DNA of 64,000 nucleotides from an uncultured Verrucomicrobiae bacterium (GTDB lineage: Bacteria; Verrucomicrobiota; Verrucomicrobiia; Chthoniobacterales; UBA10450), in contig CAVYXA010000001.1 of assembly GCA_963772365.1 (NCBI GenBank), positions 1,376,001 to 1,440,000 of the forward strand, given 5' to 3'. Below the pieces are notes generated by a model. That model had not been told where the DNA came from. It saw only the letters and a list, made by a program, of their open reading frames with translations, and made no database searches. Below are positions 61,345 through 64,000 of this stretch, piece after piece; within the stretch, counting starts at the first letter, position 1; each line of letters starts with the position of its first letter. A program made the translations under genes and the position numbers.

Positions 61345-63498
61345 CTAAGAAGCCTGGACTTGCTTGGCGCGGGTACGGGAGGCAGTGGAAACGGATTCAC
61401 CATTTGTTCCCGAGCTGGACGAAGGTGAGTTGTAATATTCTGAGTACTGGTAGTAGTAGTACTCGGGCAGAGAAGTGTTGACAAAATTCAGGATGACGCC
61501 CGGGACATTTACCTGGCGATGGTAAAGCAGTTCCAGCGATTTGCGGACAAGTCGGGCGGAAGTGTAGGCCAATCGGGCCACAAAAATGGTGGCATCGATC
61601 TTCGGGGCAAGGCTCGTCGTATCGTCCGCGGCGAGAACCGGCGAACTGTCGATCACGATATAATCGTATTCGTCATACACTTCGCGCAAGAACGCCTCGG
61701 TCGAATCGCGAAGCAGATGCTCACTAGGCTGCGACAATGTTTTGCCGCGGGGCAATATGAAGAGGTTCGCATAGGAAGTCGGGACAACGACCTCCCGCCA
61801 GTTTACTTCCTGCTTCAGCACTTCCGAAAATCCGATTTTCGATGAGATGCCGAAAGTTTCGCGAAGCGCGCCTCGACGCAGGTCGGCATCGATCAACAAT
61901 GTGCGTGCACCAGATAACGCCATGGTAATGGCCAGGTTTGCGGCGATGGTGGATTTACCCTCACTTGGAACTGCACTGGTTATGAGCAATGTCTTCGGGC
62001 GCGGCCCTTCATAAGGCATGAAGAAAATCGACGAGCGGACATTGCGATAGGATTCTGCAAAAACGTGCCGGGCATCATCGGGCTGGAGAAGAGTAACCTT
62101 GCCTTTGGTGTGCTCCCTTGGGATCTGGCCGAGCACACTCTCGGAAAACTGCCGCTGGAATTCGCTCAATGAAGCCATGCGATCGTCGATCCTGTCCAGG
62201 AGGATGAGAATGGCGACACCAGCCACGAGCCCGAATCCGAACCCGATGAGGAGGCTCTTGACCAATCCTGGGCGCACCGAAACGCCAGGCGTAGCCATTT
62301 CCATGATTGCGATTTGATCAGCTGAATCGATCACTTGAGAGACATCGACTTCCTTCAGGTTGTTAGCCAACCGCTCATAGAGAACCTTCAACCGATCGAC
62401 TTTCCCTTTGACCCGGTTGAATTCGGCGAGTCGCTGGCTCAAGTCGAGCGCTTTGGCTTCCCATTCTTTGATGTTTGCCTGGAGGTTCTCCATTTGTTTG
62501 CCGATTGATTCGCGCCGGGTTTTGAGTTTTTCGAGGGCGTCACCGCGATACAGCTCGATGAGTTTTTCCTGTTTCGAGATCTCGTCGTTGATCTTGATGA
62601 TCTTGGGATGCTTTGGCCGGAGATTTTTCGACAAAATATCGCGCTCGGCCTTCAGCAACTGGACTTGCTGTTTCGCTTTCAAGTAATCCGCCTCGGGACC
62701 GACGCCGGGGAACGGCATGACCGGTTCCTGACTCTGGGCGCCACCACCGACACCGTCCGCTTTCGCCTTGGCTCGATCGAGATTTTGATCCAGATCGAGC
62801 ATCTCGAGAAGATCGTATTCGGTTTTGAACGCCGCGTAATCGCGATTCAATTTTACCAGGTAAGCGGCCGCGCTGTTTCCCTCTTCCTGGATGAAACCGA
62901 TGTTGTTCTGTTTTTGGAATTCGAGCATTTCATCCTCAGCCGCGCGTAAATCCTTTTCGGTCTGAATGAGCTGTTCGGTAATGCCAGTAATGACGGTCTG
63001 GCCTTGCCCTTGGCGCATGCCTTTTTTGAAATCGAGATATTTCTGCATGACGGCATTGAGATATGCCTGCGTATACTCGGCCGAGCGGCCGATCGCTTGA
63101 AGCTCGAAAATCGACGTATGCGGCCTTTGCACAATCAATAGATCTACCAGACTGGACTGCAATTCAGGATGCGTCGCCCGGACCTGAGCTTCTGCTCCGC
63201 GTCTGACTTCGTCGCTTTGCATTAGCTGGATCTGAGTGCCGAAGAAATTCTGCGATTCTTCGCTGTAGACGGCGCCTTGCGGGATGTGCAGTTGGCCCGG
63301 CATCATCATTTTGCTGGTGGAGAGATAAGAGGGCGGTGTCTGATAAGCGATCCATGCCTCCACGAACAATCCGAGGCAGATCGTCAGGACCGGAATCCAC
63401 CAGCGCCTGAGCAAAAGCGTTTTGTATCGGTGCAGCCGGGTAATGAAACCAGTGGACCAGGTCGCGGGTGTGAATTTTTCAGCGCCGGGAAGTTGCAT
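61345..63498 (-). CDS. wzc: Polysaccharide co-polymerase / BY tyrosine kinase
   Basis: Two TMs, coiled coil, SEGKST Walker A, IDADLRR, IDSSP, C-terminal tyrosine cluster EYYYYQYSEYY. Confidence 0.93.
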   Translation of the reverse strand: MQLPGAEKFTPATWSTGFITRLHRYKTLLLRRWWIPVLTICLGLFVEAWIAYQTPPSYLSTSKMMMPGQLHIPQGAVYSEESQNFFGTQIQLMQSDEVRRGAEAQVRATHPELQSSLVDLLIVQRPHTSIFELQAIGRSAEYTQAYLNAVMQKYLDFKKGMRQGQGQTVITGITEQLIQTEKDLRAAEDEMLEFQKQNNIGFIQEEGNSAAAYLVKLNRDYAAFKTEYDLLEMLDLDQNLDRAKAKADGVGGGAQSQEPVMPFPGVGPEADYLKAKQQVQLLKAERDILSKNLRPKHPKIIKINDEISKQEKLIELYRGDALEKLKTRRESIGKQMENLQANIKEWEAKALDLSQRLAEFNRVKGKVDRLKVLYERLANNLKEVDVSQVIDSADQIAIMEMATPGVSVRPGLVKSLLIGFGFGLVAGVAILILLDRIDDRMASLSEFQRQFSESVLGQIPREHTKGKVTLLQPDDARHVFAESYRNVRSSIFFMPYEGPRPKTLLITSAVPSEGKSTIAANLAITMALSGARTLLIDADLRRGALRETFGISSKIGFSEVLKQEVNWREVVVPTSYANLFILPRGKTLSQPSEHLLRDSTEAFLREVYDEYDYIVIDSSPVLAADDTTSLAPKIDATIFVARLAYTSARLVRKSLELLYHRQVNVPGVILNFVNTSLPEYYYYQYSEYYNSPSSSSGTNGESVSTASRTRAKQVQAS

Positions 63499-63500
63499 GA

Positions 63501-64000
63501 TTACATGTTGATCAACCGTTGCGGGACATAAATCTGATCGTCTGGTTCGAGAGTGATGTCTTCCTCAGTGTGTCCCTCCTCAATCACTCGTTTAAGATCG
63601 ACAGTGAAATCTTTCCCGTTTTGGCGAGTTAATTTCACCTTGCGTTTGTTGGCAAAATCGCCAAAGCCACCGGCACGAATGACCGCCTTGCTCACCGTGT
63701 ATACTTCGTCCGGCGGAAGTTCCTGCGGGCCTTGCGCTTTGACGGAGCCATAGACATAGATCCGGCCGCGCGATTTCTCGCTGACGCGGTCCAGCGCCAG
63801 AATCACAGTTGCGTGATAATAATACTCTCTCTCCAGAGCGGCCTTGATGTTGTAGGCGAGTTGTTTGCAGGTTTTACCTTCGGCTGGAACCGGACCGATG
63901 TAGGGAACTTCCAGCTCGCCGTTATCGTTGACTCGAAGCCGCTGAGATTCATCATCTCGATCCTCAACTACGCGAAAACTGACGAAGTCGTTTGGCCCGA
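63501..64000 (-). CDS. Polysaccharide export protein with SLBB domain (Wza-like), 5' end outside the window
   Basis: GELEVPYIG, IYVYGSVKAQG, AVIRAGGF, LEPDDQIYVP. Confidence 0.85.
   Translation of the reverse strand, partial: GPNDFVSFRVVEDRDDESQRLRVNDNGELEVPYIGPVPAEGKTCKQLAYNIKAALEREYYYHATVILALDRVSEKSRGRIYVYGSVKAQGPQELPPDEVYTVSKAVIRAGGFGDFANKRKVKLTRQNGKDFTVDLKRVIEEGHTEEDITLEPDDQIYVPQRLINM

Overview
Bacterial DNA of roughly mid-50s % GC (judged by eye). Gene content and repeat style suggest a soil Verrucomicrobiota (Chthoniobacterales/Spartobacteria-like) genome; this is inference. Many housekeeping genes (xth, an MBL/beta-CASP nuclease, cdaA, folP, rnr, ppdK, wzx) are broken by single-base frameshifts, most simply read as long-read consensus errors. 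The left half holds housekeeping and accessory genes: a secreted metalloprotease with FG-GAP repeats divergent from an ECF-sigma/Ser-Thr kinase pair, a HEPN-MNT pair, tilS, a TetR-RND efflux operon, scpA, rodA, folP-cdaA, rnr and ppdK. The right half is a large Wzx/Wzy exopolysaccharide cluster (33.8-64 kb), interrupted at 37.8-45.6 kb by a decayed type I restriction-modification locus. Where hsdS and the 5' part of hsdR should be, there is an opposite-strand three-gene cassette: a small unknown protein, an anchorless HlyD-like adaptor, and a large acidic protein ending in an RNase Sa/barnase-type nuclease domain with no visible immunity gene. The hsdM remnant carries four separate insertions. 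One is a four-helix-bundle gene cassette flanked by heptamer-built repeats that splits the gene and supplies a new in-frame start. Several families of short palindromic elements sit in frame inside protein-coding genes, including tilS. No rRNA, tRNA, CRISPR array, integrase or transposase was recognised.
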